38,513 nt of DNA, from positions 1 through 38,513 of the forward strand of contig CAYFJE010000001.1 in NCBI GenBank assembly GCA_964343345.1. The letters run 5' to 3'. How positions within the stretch are numbered: the first letter of the stretch is position 1; every line of letters starts with the position of its first letter. This DNA comes from an uncultured bacterium (GTDB lineage: Bacteria; UBP7; UBA6624). Under the pieces are notes generated by a model. It ran no database searches. It was not told the origin of the DNA and saw only the letters and a program-made list of their open reading frames with translations. The position numbers were made by a program, and so were the translations under genes. Of the stretch, positions 17,497-25,750 are shown in pieces.

Positions 17497-18226
17497 TTTT
17501 TTAGATTACTCTGCAGAAGATCCAAAAATCGATTTAAATATAGAAGAGTATCTTCTTGAGAATGTTAAATTAAACCCAGATAGCGTTTGGTTGAGGTTTT
17601 GGAGAGGTCGAGATTCTGTGATACTTGGAAAATCCCAAAACATTAGAGAGGTTTGTAACATTGAGAATTGTATTAAAGACAATATAGGGGTTTATAGGAG
17701 ATTTAGTGGGGGAGGTGCTGTTTTCCATGATTTTGGAAATTTAAATATAGCCATAGCTCTTGACAGAAAAAAATGGAACTTGCCACTTGATCCAAAAAAG
17801 TCTTTTGAATGGCTTTCACTCATAATTCAAAGATTCTTGAATCAAAATGGCTTAAAGAGTTCTACAGCAAGAATTAGCGATATTATGGCTTCAGATGGAA
17901 AAGATTTTAAAAAGGTTTCTGGAACAGCACAAGCTAGAAGGGGCTCGGCACTTCTTTGGCATTCAACATTGATGGTAGATACACCTGTTCATAAAATAGT
18001 TAAATACTTGCCTATCCCTCCTGACAGACCAGGAATAAGGCATCAGGATTATGTAACGAATTTAAAAAAATTGAAAATAGAAAAGAACTTTAAGTCGATC
18101 AAATCTGAGATAACAAATATAACAACAGATTTTTTTCAACTTGATTGTTGTTCTGTTGATTTCGAATCTTCTATAAAGGAAGAGTTAACTGAGACAAAAT
18201 ATTCGAATTTATTAGATTCTCTCTAA
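17480..18226 (+). CDS. Single-domain lipoate-protein ligase / octanoyltransferase (BPL_LplA_LipB fold; LplA-N or LipM-like)
   Basis: RRFSGGGAVFHDFGNLN and KVSGTAQARRGSALLWHSTLMV (catalytic Lys block) match LplA/LipM. At 248 aa it lacks the LplA C-terminal accessory domain. The TTG start overlaps gcvP by 17 nt, and the start is uncertain by a few codons. Confidence 0.85.
   Translation: MTLKINFLDYSAEDPKIDLNIEEYLLENVKLNPDSVWLRFWRGRDSVILGKSQNIREVCNIENCIKDNIGVYRRFSGGGAVFHDFGNLNIAIALDRKKWNLPLDPKKSFEWLSLIIQRFLNQNGLKSSTARISDIMASDGKDFKKVSGTAQARRGSALLWHSTLMVDTPVHKIVKYLPIPPDRPGIRHQDYVTNLKKLKIEKNFKSIKSEITNITTDFFQLDCCSVDFESSIKEELTETKYSNLLDSL
17497..17527 (+). repeat. Direct repeat copy 1 (31 nt) at the 5' end of the lipoate ligase gene
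   Basis: TTTTTTAGATTACTCTGCAGAAGATCCAAAA. It matches 18233-18263 at 30 of 31 positions (G/A at position 23). I aligned the two copies base by base. Confidence 0.9.
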
Positions 18227-18232
18227 TCTGAT

Positions 18233-18263
18233 TTTTTTAGATTACTCTGCAGAAAATCCAAAA
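18233..18263 (+). repeat. Direct repeat copy 2 (31 nt) just after the lipoate ligase stop
   Basis: TTTTTTAGATTACTCTGCAGAAAATCCAAAA. Its reverse complement encodes the last residues and stop (..FGFSAE*) of the minus-strand membrane protein. Confidence 0.9.
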
Positions 18264-18979
18264 CTCTCTACTGGAGGAGTGGTTTTTTTATTGGATTTAA
18301 GTTCAAGATAAATGAAGGATATTGTAAGAATTTGCATTGGCGCTAATGCTGTTCCAAGAGCTATTCCCAAAGGCCTATTTACAATTACTCCAATTGAATG
18401 AAGGACCATGCCTCCGAGCCCGGTAATTATTCCTACCAAAATTAATATTCCAAAAAAACTCCACCATTTACCTTTTACCAAGCTGATGCTTCTTGCTATA
18501 GGAGTCCATCCTGCAGATTTTTCATTAACGACCACATATGTCCATAAGGATGTTGCAATACCAAACCAAACTAGGACAGGTACAAAAAGACCCAGAGTTA
18601 CTGCAATCAAAAGCCCCATTGGTATGAGAATTATGATATAGAGCAGTCCCGTAACCAAGGATGGCCCAATAATCTCAAAAGTTTCATTAAGATTTTTTAG
18701 AAATGGAATTGACTCTTCTCCTTTCGCTTTTTTTAAGCCTATTTGAATTGATAGCAGAGTCAAGAAAAAGCTTAAAACTATGATAAATAGAAATGATGGG
18801 CTCACCCAGATTTCTTCAGGCAATTTATCTATAACTAACTGTTGTTGCTTTTCTTCCATAAATGGATCAAGTCCTGTTGTTAGATAGATGCTCAGAGATG
18901 GTATAAAAGATGCTAGCCATATCGGTAAAAAACAATCTAGATCCAAGAATTTTTCGATTGCTTTCTGTATGTATTTCAT
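18242..18979 (-). CDS. Polytopic membrane protein of unknown function
   Basis: It has five to six hydrophobic helices. Its start overlaps the fumC stop by 1 nt (TAATG on the minus strand). The last 13 codons are built from repeat copies (see findings). Confidence 0.6.
   Translation of the reverse strand: MKYIQKAIEKFLDLDCFLPIWLASFIPSLSIYLTTGLDPFMEEKQQQLVIDKLPEEIWVSPSFLFIIVLSFFLTLLSIQIGLKKAKGEESIPFLKNLNETFEIIGPSLVTGLLYIIILIPMGLLIAVTLGLFVPVLVWFGIATSLWTYVVVNEKSAGWTPIARSISLVKGKWWSFFGILILVGIITGLGGMVLHSIGVIVNRPLGIALGTALAPMQILTISFIYLELKSNKKTTPPVESFGFSAE
18259..18277 (-). repeat. Inverted repeat, right arm (19 nt), inside the membrane-protein 3' end
   Basis: The plus strand reads CAAAACTCTCTACTGGAGG. 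Read on the minus strand it encodes PPVESF of the membrane protein. It overlaps direct repeat copy 2 by 5 nt. Confidence 0.9.
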
Positions 18980-20295
18980 TATTCAGATAATTTTTTTGGA
19001 TCCATTATTTTTTGTAGTTCTTCTTTGCTTAAGTCAGTCATTTCAAATGCAACATCAAGAATGTTTCTTTTTTCATCATAAGCTTTTTTTGCTATTTTCG
19101 ATGCCTTTGTATATCCAATTATTGAGTTCAATGCAGTTACAAGTATGGGGTTTTTCCATAAGCTTTCTTCGATTACCTCCTTATTGAAATCAATGTTTTT
19201 CAAGGCTTTTTCAGAAAGCGAAATCATTGAATTTGAAAGTAACTCAATCGATTCGAAAAGATTCTTTGATATCAAGGGGTAGGTAACATTTAGTTGAAAG
19301 GATCCTGAGGAAACTGCATTTGTTACAACATTGTCATTGCCTTGAACTTGAAGGCATGCCTGACAAATTGCTTCAGGAATGACGGGATTTACTTTTCCAG
19401 GCATTATTGAAGATCCCGGCTGAAGTTTTGGTAACTTTATTTCAGATATTCCTGAAAGAGGTCCTGAGTTCATCCACCTTAGGTCATTTGATATTTTGTA
19501 AAGGCATGCTGAAAGATTTTTCAATCTGGAAGAGGTCATTAGCAATGGTAAAGGTATGGACATTCCTAAAAAAGGGGATTTGATTTGCTTCAGTTTTAAG
19601 GATGTCTTTTTAGACATTATTTTCAAGCATTTTTCCAATGATTCCTTCGATGAATTTACCCCAGACCCAACTGCCGTTCCCCCCAGAGGTAATTCAGACA
19701 GTTTTTCTAGAGATTCAATGATTTCATTTTGGCATTTTTCCAAACCATATTTCCAGGCATTTATTTCATCCTCAAGTTTTATTGGCAAAGCATCCATAAG
19801 ATGTGTTCTCCCCGTTTTTATCAAGCCTCTAGACTTTTTTGACAGGTTGTCAAGCTCGTTTGTTAATTTTCTCAAGCAGGGTATTAGATGGTTCTTAACA
19901 GCTAATGCAACTGAGATTTGAATTGCTGAAGGTATCACATCGTTTGATGATTGACCTATGTTTAAGTCATCGTGGGAATCTATTTTTAAATTAGATATTT
20001 CTGAACTTCTTTTTGCTATAACCTCATTGACATTCATATGAGTGCTTGTTCCAGACCCTGTTTGAAAAACATCTATTGGGAATTGGTTGTTCCATTTCCC
20101 ATCAATCACTTCTTGGCTCGCTTTCTTGATGGCTTTTGATTTTTCTTCATCAAGCAGTCCAAGTGAACTATTTGATTCAGCCATTGAGGATTTTATGATT
20201 GCTATTGACGAGATTACATGTGGTGAAACTCTTTGAGACGATATTTTGAAATTCTCTATCGCAAGTTCTGTTTCTTTTCCGTATAAATTATTCAT
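18979..20295 (-). CDS. fumC: Class II fumarate hydratase
   Basis: It has the fumarate-lyase signature GSSIMPGKVNPVIPEA. QTGSGTSTHMNVNEV is of FumC rather than AspA type. GQSSNDVIPSA and KTGRTHLMDALP are also present. Confidence 0.9.
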   Translation of the reverse strand: MNNLYGKETELAIENFKISSQRVSPHVISSIAIIKSSMAESNSSLGLLDEEKSKAIKKASQEVIDGKWNNQFPIDVFQTGSGTSTHMNVNEVIAKRSSEISNLKIDSHDDLNIGQSSNDVIPSAIQISVALAVKNHLIPCLRKLTNELDNLSKKSRGLIKTGRTHLMDALPIKLEDEINAWKYGLEKCQNEIIESLEKLSELPLGGTAVGSGVNSSKESLEKCLKIMSKKTSLKLKQIKSPFLGMSIPLPLLMTSSRLKNLSACLYKISNDLRWMNSGPLSGISEIKLPKLQPGSSIMPGKVNPVIPEAICQACLQVQGNDNVVTNAVSSGSFQLNVTYPLISKNLFESIELLSNSMISLSEKALKNIDFNKEVIEESLWKNPILVTALNSIIGYTKASKIAKKAYDEKRNILDVAFEMTDLSKEELQKIMDPKKLSE

Positions 20296-20306
20296 ACAAC
20301 TTTTTA

Positions 20307-20312
20307 ATTCTA
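20307..20312 (-). promoter_or_regulatory. -10-like box (TAGAAT on minus strand) upstream of fumC
   Basis: It reads TAGAAT on the minus strand, 11 nt upstream of the fumC ATG (20295). No purine-rich SD lies between. I found no convincing -35. Confidence 0.3.
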
Positions 20313-20334
20313 ATATCTAAGCTTTTTCAGTTTG

Positions 20335-20363
20335 TTGATAAAAGCATAAAGGAAATATAGAAT
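20335..20363 (+). promoter_or_regulatory. Sigma-70-like promoter for the NYN/DASS operon
   Basis: TTGATA (20335-20340), a 17-nt spacer, then TAGAAT (20358-20363). GAGG at 20371-20374 and the TTG start at 20384 follow. It lies in the largest intergenic gap of the window. Confidence 0.4.
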
Positions 20364-20383
20364 TTGGTTCGAGGTTTATTGTT

Positions 20384-21034
20384 TTGGAAAAAGTTATTGT
20401 TTATATTGATGCTCATAATTTGTATAGGTCACATATGGATTATGGAGTTTCCAGAATTGATGTAAAAAGACTCGTTCATAAGATTATCGGAACTGATAGA
20501 GCATTGCTTAGGGCTTATTATTATGTTGCTCTTCCAGATAAAAATATAGATCCAATCGCATATGAAAGAAAATCGAAATTTGTAGAATTTATAAACAGGC
20601 AGGAAAGGCTTGAGGTAAGAGCGGGAAAGCTGAAAGTTGAAACAAAAAAGGTACCAAAAGAATTATTGAATGAAATCAAAGAAGCTTGTGAGGATAAGTC
20701 TTTAAGCAAGGATGCTTTGATCAAGCTTGTCAATTTAGAGTCTTCTTTGAGAAGGTTTTTGATAGATGATGCAACAGAAATAAAAGAAAAAGGTGTTGAT
20801 GTTCAGATTGCTGTAGACATGATAAAAGATGCAAATAGGAAAATTTCAGACATCCAGATACTTGTTTCAGGAGATGCTGATTTTATACATTTGGTTAAAC
20901 ATTTAAAAGAGTCAGGGCAGGTTGTTGAGGTTGTTGCATCAAGGAACAATGTAGCTACTGAACTAATCAACAATGCTGATTCTCATAAAATTTTAAGGAG
21001 AGAAGATTTTAAGAATTTGTCTCTCAAAAAGTAA
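20384..21034 (+). CDS. NYN-domain (LabA/DUF88-like) predicted RNase
   Basis: VYIDAHNLY, KGVDVQIAVDMI and ILVSGDADFIHLV are the NYN acidic motifs. It has a TTG start with GAGG 9 nt upstream. A helical insert of about 45 aa lies between motifs. Confidence 0.8.
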   Translation: MEKVIVYIDAHNLYRSHMDYGVSRIDVKRLVHKIIGTDRALLRAYYYVALPDKNIDPIAYERKSKFVEFINRQERLEVRAGKLKVETKKVPKELLNEIKEACEDKSLSKDALIKLVNLESSLRRFLIDDATEIKEKGVDVQIAVDMIKDANRKISDIQILVSGDADFIHLVKHLKESGQVVEVVASRNNVATELINNADSHKILRREDFKNLSLKK

Positions 21035-22824
21035 TGGATATTTCTGTTTTTTTAGGCTTGTTGGCAATAGTCCTTTTGGTTTTCGATGTTTTCGAATATG
21101 AGAGAATTGGTGCTGGTCTTTGGTTCTTGCTCATAGTTTTTGGAGCCCTTTCACCTTCTGAAGGTCTTTCTGTAATCATCGATCCTGCAGTAGTTACGAT
21201 TTCTGCATTGTACATATTAGGTTTTGGGATACAGAAAAGTGGGGCCTTTAATCTTGTCGGTAGGTTCTTGGTTGGGGATGAAGGTGAATCAAAAAACGTT
21301 ACAAGATTTCGAGTAGGCTTTTTCTTTTTCGTAATTGCAGTACTTTCTATGTTTTTAAACAATACAGCTGTTGTTATCATCTTGATACCAGTTGCTTTAG
21401 AACTTGGAAGAAGAAGTGGAATTTCAACGAGTAAATTATTAATACCAATATCTTATGTTGCAATTTTAGGTGGAGCAATGACGTTGATAGGGACATCTAC
21501 AAATCTTCTTGTGGCACAATCTTATTCTGAGCTTGTTAAACAAAATGATTTGAATTTTAGAGAAATCGAAATGTTTTCGTTTTTTACTCCTGCTTTTGCA
21601 GCTGCTTTGGCTGGAGGGTTTTGGCTCACGATTTTTGGCAGAAGGTTGCTTCCAGATAAGCATATTCGTGAAAACCTGACTGAAAATTACAAGTTAAGTA
21701 GTTTTATGGTTGCTTTTCGCATTCAGGAAAATTCAAAATTAATAGGAAAAAATATTGAAGATTCTGGTTTTTTGTTCGAAAAAGAAGTTGAGTTAATTGA
21801 GATACATAGAAAGAATCATCATATGGTCATGAGACCACATAGAGACACTCTCTTTTCAGAAGGAGATGAGTTTTTGGTAAGAGTCAGTCCTGACAAGTGT
21901 GGTTACCTTTCTGAAAAATACGAAATCCAAATGATTGGTGCAGAAGAGGAATTACAGTCAGCCGAAGAAGAAGGCTTGAAACTAGGACAAGCATTGGTTG
22001 TTCCTGGATCTCAGATGGCCGGAAGAACAATTGGAGAACTTGCTTTTAGAGATCATTTTGGACTTGCTGTTTTAAGTATAAGACACGGTTCACAACCAGT
22101 AAAAGGCTCTTTGCCAAAGTACAAACTTAGAGTTGGAGACACTCTCTTGCTTCATGGAACTTCAGCAAGTTTTGAAAAGATAAATGAACCTTATTCAGAT
22201 CTTGTTTTGATCTCTAAAAATAAATACAATTTTTTTCATAGGAAACATGCAAATGTTGCAATAGTTGCTTTATTGGCTTTTGTTTTTCTTGTTTCACAGG
22301 GTTTTTCTTTGGATTTTGTTTCTGTTGTGGTTGTAGGGGGAATGCTTATTTTCAACACCGTCAAAATAGAAGAAGCAATCGAAGCTGTTGATCATAAGGT
22401 AATTGTTTTGCTTGTAGGTCTTTTGGCCTGGAGTAATGCGATGTATGAAAAAGGAATTTTTTACAATATTGCTCAATATCTTGAAGTTCATCTTCAAGGA
22501 ATTTCACAAGGATCTGCTCTAATAATCGTCTATTTCCTTGTTGCATTAGCTACAAGTTTTTTGTCGAATGCAGCAACGGCAATAACCTTTGTTCCATTGG
22601 TTTTAACCGTTTGTACTTCTATGGGTTGGGACCCTTATCCATTCATGATTGCTGTTGCAATAGCAGCTTCAGCATCTTTTGCAACCCCTATTGGATACCA
22701 GACAAACACTCTTGTCTTCAGTTTAGGTCAATATAAATTCAAGGATTTTATGAGAGTCGGAGTTCCTATGACTTTTATAACCGGTCTTGCTGCATGTTGG
22801 ACAATTATTTATTATTATTTTTAG
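21034..22824 (+). CDS. DASS/SLC13-family anion permease with two central TrkA-C (RCK_C) domains
   Basis: Two hydrophobic transporter halves carry hairpin motifs GTSTNLLV and IGYQTNTLV. They are separated by two RCK_C-like modules (GKNIEDSGF...GDEFLVRV and GRTIGELAF...GDTLLLHG). The start overlaps the NYN stop (TAATG). Confidence 0.85.
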   Translation: MDISVFLGLLAIVLLVFDVFEYERIGAGLWFLLIVFGALSPSEGLSVIIDPAVVTISALYILGFGIQKSGAFNLVGRFLVGDEGESKNVTRFRVGFFFFVIAVLSMFLNNTAVVIILIPVALELGRRSGISTSKLLIPISYVAILGGAMTLIGTSTNLLVAQSYSELVKQNDLNFREIEMFSFFTPAFAAALAGGFWLTIFGRRLLPDKHIRENLTENYKLSSFMVAFRIQENSKLIGKNIEDSGFLFEKEVELIEIHRKNHHMVMRPHRDTLFSEGDEFLVRVSPDKCGYLSEKYEIQMIGAEEELQSAEEEGLKLGQALVVPGSQMAGRTIGELAFRDHFGLAVLSIRHGSQPVKGSLPKYKLRVGDTLLLHGTSASFEKINEPYSDLVLISKNKYNFFHRKHANVAIVALLAFVFLVSQGFSLDFVSVVVVGGMLIFNTVKIEEAIEAVDHKVIVLLVGLLAWSNAMYEKGIFYNIAQYLEVHLQGISQGSALIIVYFLVALATSFLSNAATAITFVPLVLTVCTSMGWDPYPFMIAVAIAASASFATPIGYQTNTLVFSLGQYKFKDFMRVGVPMTFITGLAACWTIIYYYF

Positions 22825-23648
22825 TCAATAATTTTTAATTTTCCAATTCTGTTATATTTTTTGTTTTTCTCTATTTTTTTTACAAGGAATTCATAGATTC
22901 CATTTATTAGATTTTGCCAACTTTCTTCTTCTCTGTTTTTTTCATCACACAGATAGGGTTTTCCTGATTCACAACTTTCAGCTATTTTTGGGTTAAATGG
23001 TATTTCTGCTAAAAGGTTCAGTTCTTCCTCCTCAACAAATTTTTTTAAACCTGTTGGAAAAAGAGGAAGTATCTTTTTTTGATCTTTGTCAAAATAGCCA
23101 TTCATGTTTGCAACAATACCAATTATTTCGCATTTCAATTTTTTAAAAGCATTTTTCGATCTTAAAACATCGTTTATAGAAGTCTCTTGTGGAGTTGTTA
23201 CAAGAAGGCTTCCAGAGGGCTTCAGTATGTTGTTCAAGGAGATTAGGGGGTCTCCTGTTCCTGGTGGGATGTCTGCAACGAGAACATCAATTTCATCCCA
23301 TTTAACATCATTTGTTAGTTGTTCTAAAGCCCTGTGGACGACAGGCCCTCTCCATATAAGTGGTTTGTTTTTGTCAACAATGGAACCCATCGATAGTATT
23401 TTTATCCCATTTTTTTCGTGGGGAATTATGCTTCCTTCAGAACTTGCTCCAGTTTTTTCTGGAAGGTTGAAAAAGTGAGATTGGCTTGGTCCATATATAT
23501 CAGCATCAAGTAATCCAACTTTTAACCCTTTTTGAGAAAGGCCCAAGGCAACATTTGCAGATATCATAGATTTTCCTACACCTCCTTTTCCAGAACCTAT
23601 CAATATTGAACTATAGATTTTGTTTGATGATGTCTTTTTAGTTTTCAT
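22821..23648 (-). CDS. Mrp/ApbC/NBP35-family P-loop ATPase (atypical: no CXXC motif)
   Basis: It has the deviant Walker A GSGKGGVGKS plus DADIYGPS, WRGP, PPGTGD and TTPQ, all Mrp signatures. The ENMS..C..C block is replaced by ANMNGYFDKDQKKILPLF. Confidence 0.85.
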   Translation of the reverse strand: MKTKKTSSNKIYSSILIGSGKGGVGKSMISANVALGLSQKGLKVGLLDADIYGPSQSHFFNLPEKTGASSEGSIIPHEKNGIKILSMGSIVDKNKPLIWRGPVVHRALEQLTNDVKWDEIDVLVADIPPGTGDPLISLNNILKPSGSLLVTTPQETSINDVLRSKNAFKKLKCEIIGIVANMNGYFDKDQKKILPLFPTGLKKFVEEEELNLLAEIPFNPKIAESCESGKPYLCDEKNREEESWQNLINGIYEFLVKKIEKNKKYNRIGKLKIID

Positions 23649-23658
23649 CTAAGGTAGT

Positions 23659-25701
23659 TTAATTACTAAAAAGGCTTTTTGGTTCAAATTCAAAATTATT
23701 TGGAGGTTCAAAGGTAGCCCAGGATAAGCTTTGGGCAGAAAGTCTCATGAACATGTTAAATGCTAATGCTGGATAACTTCCTCCTGCCAGATTGCCTTTT
23801 CCGTCTTTCGTTCCTATCCAAATGCCTGTACACAATTCAGGGATACATCCAACAAACCAACCGTCCCTGTTGTTTTGACTTGTACCACTTTTTCCAAATA
23901 CTGAATATCTTTCAATCCCAATGGCTTCGTTTGGTTTAATGAACCATTCTTGAAGACACTCTCCTGCAATTACAGGTATTTCGTTTTCCAAACCTTCACA
24001 AGCAATTGAGTTTTTGCCTGTGCTTTCTTTACTGTGTAGAGCTTTTCCAAGAATGTAAATTACTTTTCTTGCTGTGTTAGCTTGAAATACTTTTTTTGAA
24101 TCTAGGTTATTTTTGAAGAGCATTTCTCCTTTTTTAGAGCTTGTTGAATCAAGCCATCGTAAAGGTTTTTTTTCTCCATACGATGAAAGTGTTGTGAAAA
24201 GACTCGTTAGTTCTATGAGATTTACTTCGGTTGTTCCAAGAGCGCTAGAAAGGTAAGGGCCCCAATTTTTTTTAAAATCCATTTTTTCCCAATATTCAGA
24301 AAGGGTTTCATTGCCTATTCCATCTAAAAGATATACGAAAGGGGTATTTGAGGAGTTTGAGAAAATATTGATCCAGTCTGAAATTTTTAAGTATTTTTTG
24401 CCATGGTTTTCTGGAGAATAAATGCTTGAATCTTCATCATTCCAAAATAGTGTTTTTTGGTCTGATATTTTTTCATTTAGGTCTATCCCATTTTCAATTC
24501 CTACAGCAAAGATAAATGGTTTTATCGATGAGCCAGGGCTTCTATAAGATTCCGAGAAATCGTACCAGTCACCCTTGGATGTTAGATTTTCTTCTTCTAA
24601 GCAATCAGTCTCATCTTTTAGGTTGTTTTTGATTTCGTATTGCGATGTTACAAAAGATCTGACTGAACCATTTTTTGGATCAATTGAAATCAATGCCATT
24701 CCTTCGAAGTCTCCAAAATCATCTTTACTTTCATTGTTCATTATCCTGTTTGCGAAAAAACAAACAGTTGCATAGGCATTGTTTTGCAAATCTTTATCTA
24801 GGGTTGTGTTTATAACTGGAAATTCTTGAGTGTCTAGTTCTGAATTTTTTTTCAAAGAATTTATAAAACCAGTTGCATAGAAAGTTTTTTCAAGAGGTTT
24901 TAATTCGAGAGTTCTCGATAATTCTTTTTCATATTCTTTTTCTGATATGAAATTCAAGTCGAGCATTCTTCTCAAAACAGTCTTTTTTCTCTGATTTGCA
25001 TTTTCCATATAGGTTAAAGGATCGTATTTTGTTGGAGATTGTGCTAACCCAACAAGCAATGCAATTTGCCCTGTTCTTAACTCCCAGGGTTTTTTTGAAA
25101 AGAGAGATTCAGAAGCATTTATTATTCCTGGGTTTGAAGGAGAGAAATTTATCCAGGTATACCAATTCTCGAGAATTTCTTCTTTTGTAAGTGTTTTTTC
25201 TATAAGGATAGATGCAACAGCTTCCTTCAGTTTCCTTATGTAGGTTTTTTCTTTTCCAACAACATCCTCAAAGGCTGTTCTTGCAAGTTGTTGAGTTATG
25301 GTTGATCCACCTTCAACAATCCTGTTGTTTTTTTGGTTGTTTAAAAAAGCTCTTATTATCGCTGATGAATCTATGCCACCATGGCTGAAAAATCTTTTAT
25401 CTTCAGCTGCAAGTGTTGCTAGTATCAAGGTTCTTTTAGCACTTTCAAGCTGGTTGTCTATTTCATATATCCCTGTTTTTGAATTTTCAAATTCGAATTT
25501 TTTAAAACCGTCTTGATAATAGATTTCATTTCCGTATCTGTCCAAATAAATTGGAGAAGTTGGTGTTTGTGCAAGTTTTTCTTTCACATTTCCCATTTGC
25601 TGTCTTACTGAAAATGATATATATGCAATAAAAATTAACGAAATTGAAACAATAGTTCTCAAAAAAGCCCTAATTATTTTTAATAACATCCTGATTTTCA
25701 T
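23659..25701 (-). CDS. Class A penicillin-binding protein (bifunctional glycosyltransferase/transpeptidase, PBP1-type)
   Basis: It has an N-terminal membrane anchor. GT51 motifs EDKRFFSHGGID and GGSTITQQLAR are present. Transpeptidase motifs are SSIK (SxxK), SSN (SxN-like) and KSGT (KTG-like). Confidence 0.9.
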   Translation of the reverse strand: MKIRMLLKIIRAFLRTIVSISLIFIAYISFSVRQQMGNVKEKLAQTPTSPIYLDRYGNEIYYQDGFKKFEFENSKTGIYEIDNQLESAKRTLILATLAAEDKRFFSHGGIDSSAIIRAFLNNQKNNRIVEGGSTITQQLARTAFEDVVGKEKTYIRKLKEAVASILIEKTLTKEEILENWYTWINFSPSNPGIINASESLFSKKPWELRTGQIALLVGLAQSPTKYDPLTYMENANQRKKTVLRRMLDLNFISEKEYEKELSRTLELKPLEKTFYATGFINSLKKNSELDTQEFPVINTTLDKDLQNNAYATVCFFANRIMNNESKDDFGDFEGMALISIDPKNGSVRSFVTSQYEIKNNLKDETDCLEEENLTSKGDWYDFSESYRSPGSSIKPFIFAVGIENGIDLNEKISDQKTLFWNDEDSSIYSPENHGKKYLKISDWINIFSNSSNTPFVYLLDGIGNETLSEYWEKMDFKKNWGPYLSSALGTTEVNLIELTSLFTTLSSYGEKKPLRWLDSTSSKKGEMLFKNNLDSKKVFQANTARKVIYILGKALHSKESTGKNSIACEGLENEIPVIAGECLQEWFIKPNEAIGIERYSVFGKSGTSQNNRDGWFVGCIPELCTGIWIGTKDGKGNLAGGSYPALAFNMFMRLSAQSLSWATFEPPNNFEFEPKSLFSN

Positions 25702-25733
25702 AATTCTTCCAATAGATTTTATTTATTACTTTC

Positions 25734-25739
25734 TATAAT
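25734..25739 (+). promoter_or_regulatory. -10 box (TATAAT) upstream of tyrS
   Basis: A consensus TATAAT lies 11 nt upstream of the tyrS ATG (25751). There is no SD and the -35 is weak. Confidence 0.3.
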
Positions 25740-25750
25740 TTAGTTTCTAA

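Noticed and set aside
17480-18263. The lipoate ligase gene could be a mobile gene cassette or integron-like insertion, because it is flanked by direct repeats.
   Set aside because: No integrase, transposase, attC-like imperfect palindrome or terminal inverted repeats of an IS are present. The repeat copy overlaps coding sequence on both sides, and the gene fits the gcv operon functionally. I kept it as a recombination, template-switch or artefact finding rather than calling a mobile element.
25702-25750. I looked for a T-box leader or other attenuator upstream of tyrS.
   Set aside because: Only 49 bp separate the divergent PBP and tyrS starts. A T-box needs about 200 nt or more, and no specifier or antiterminator-like structure is possible there.
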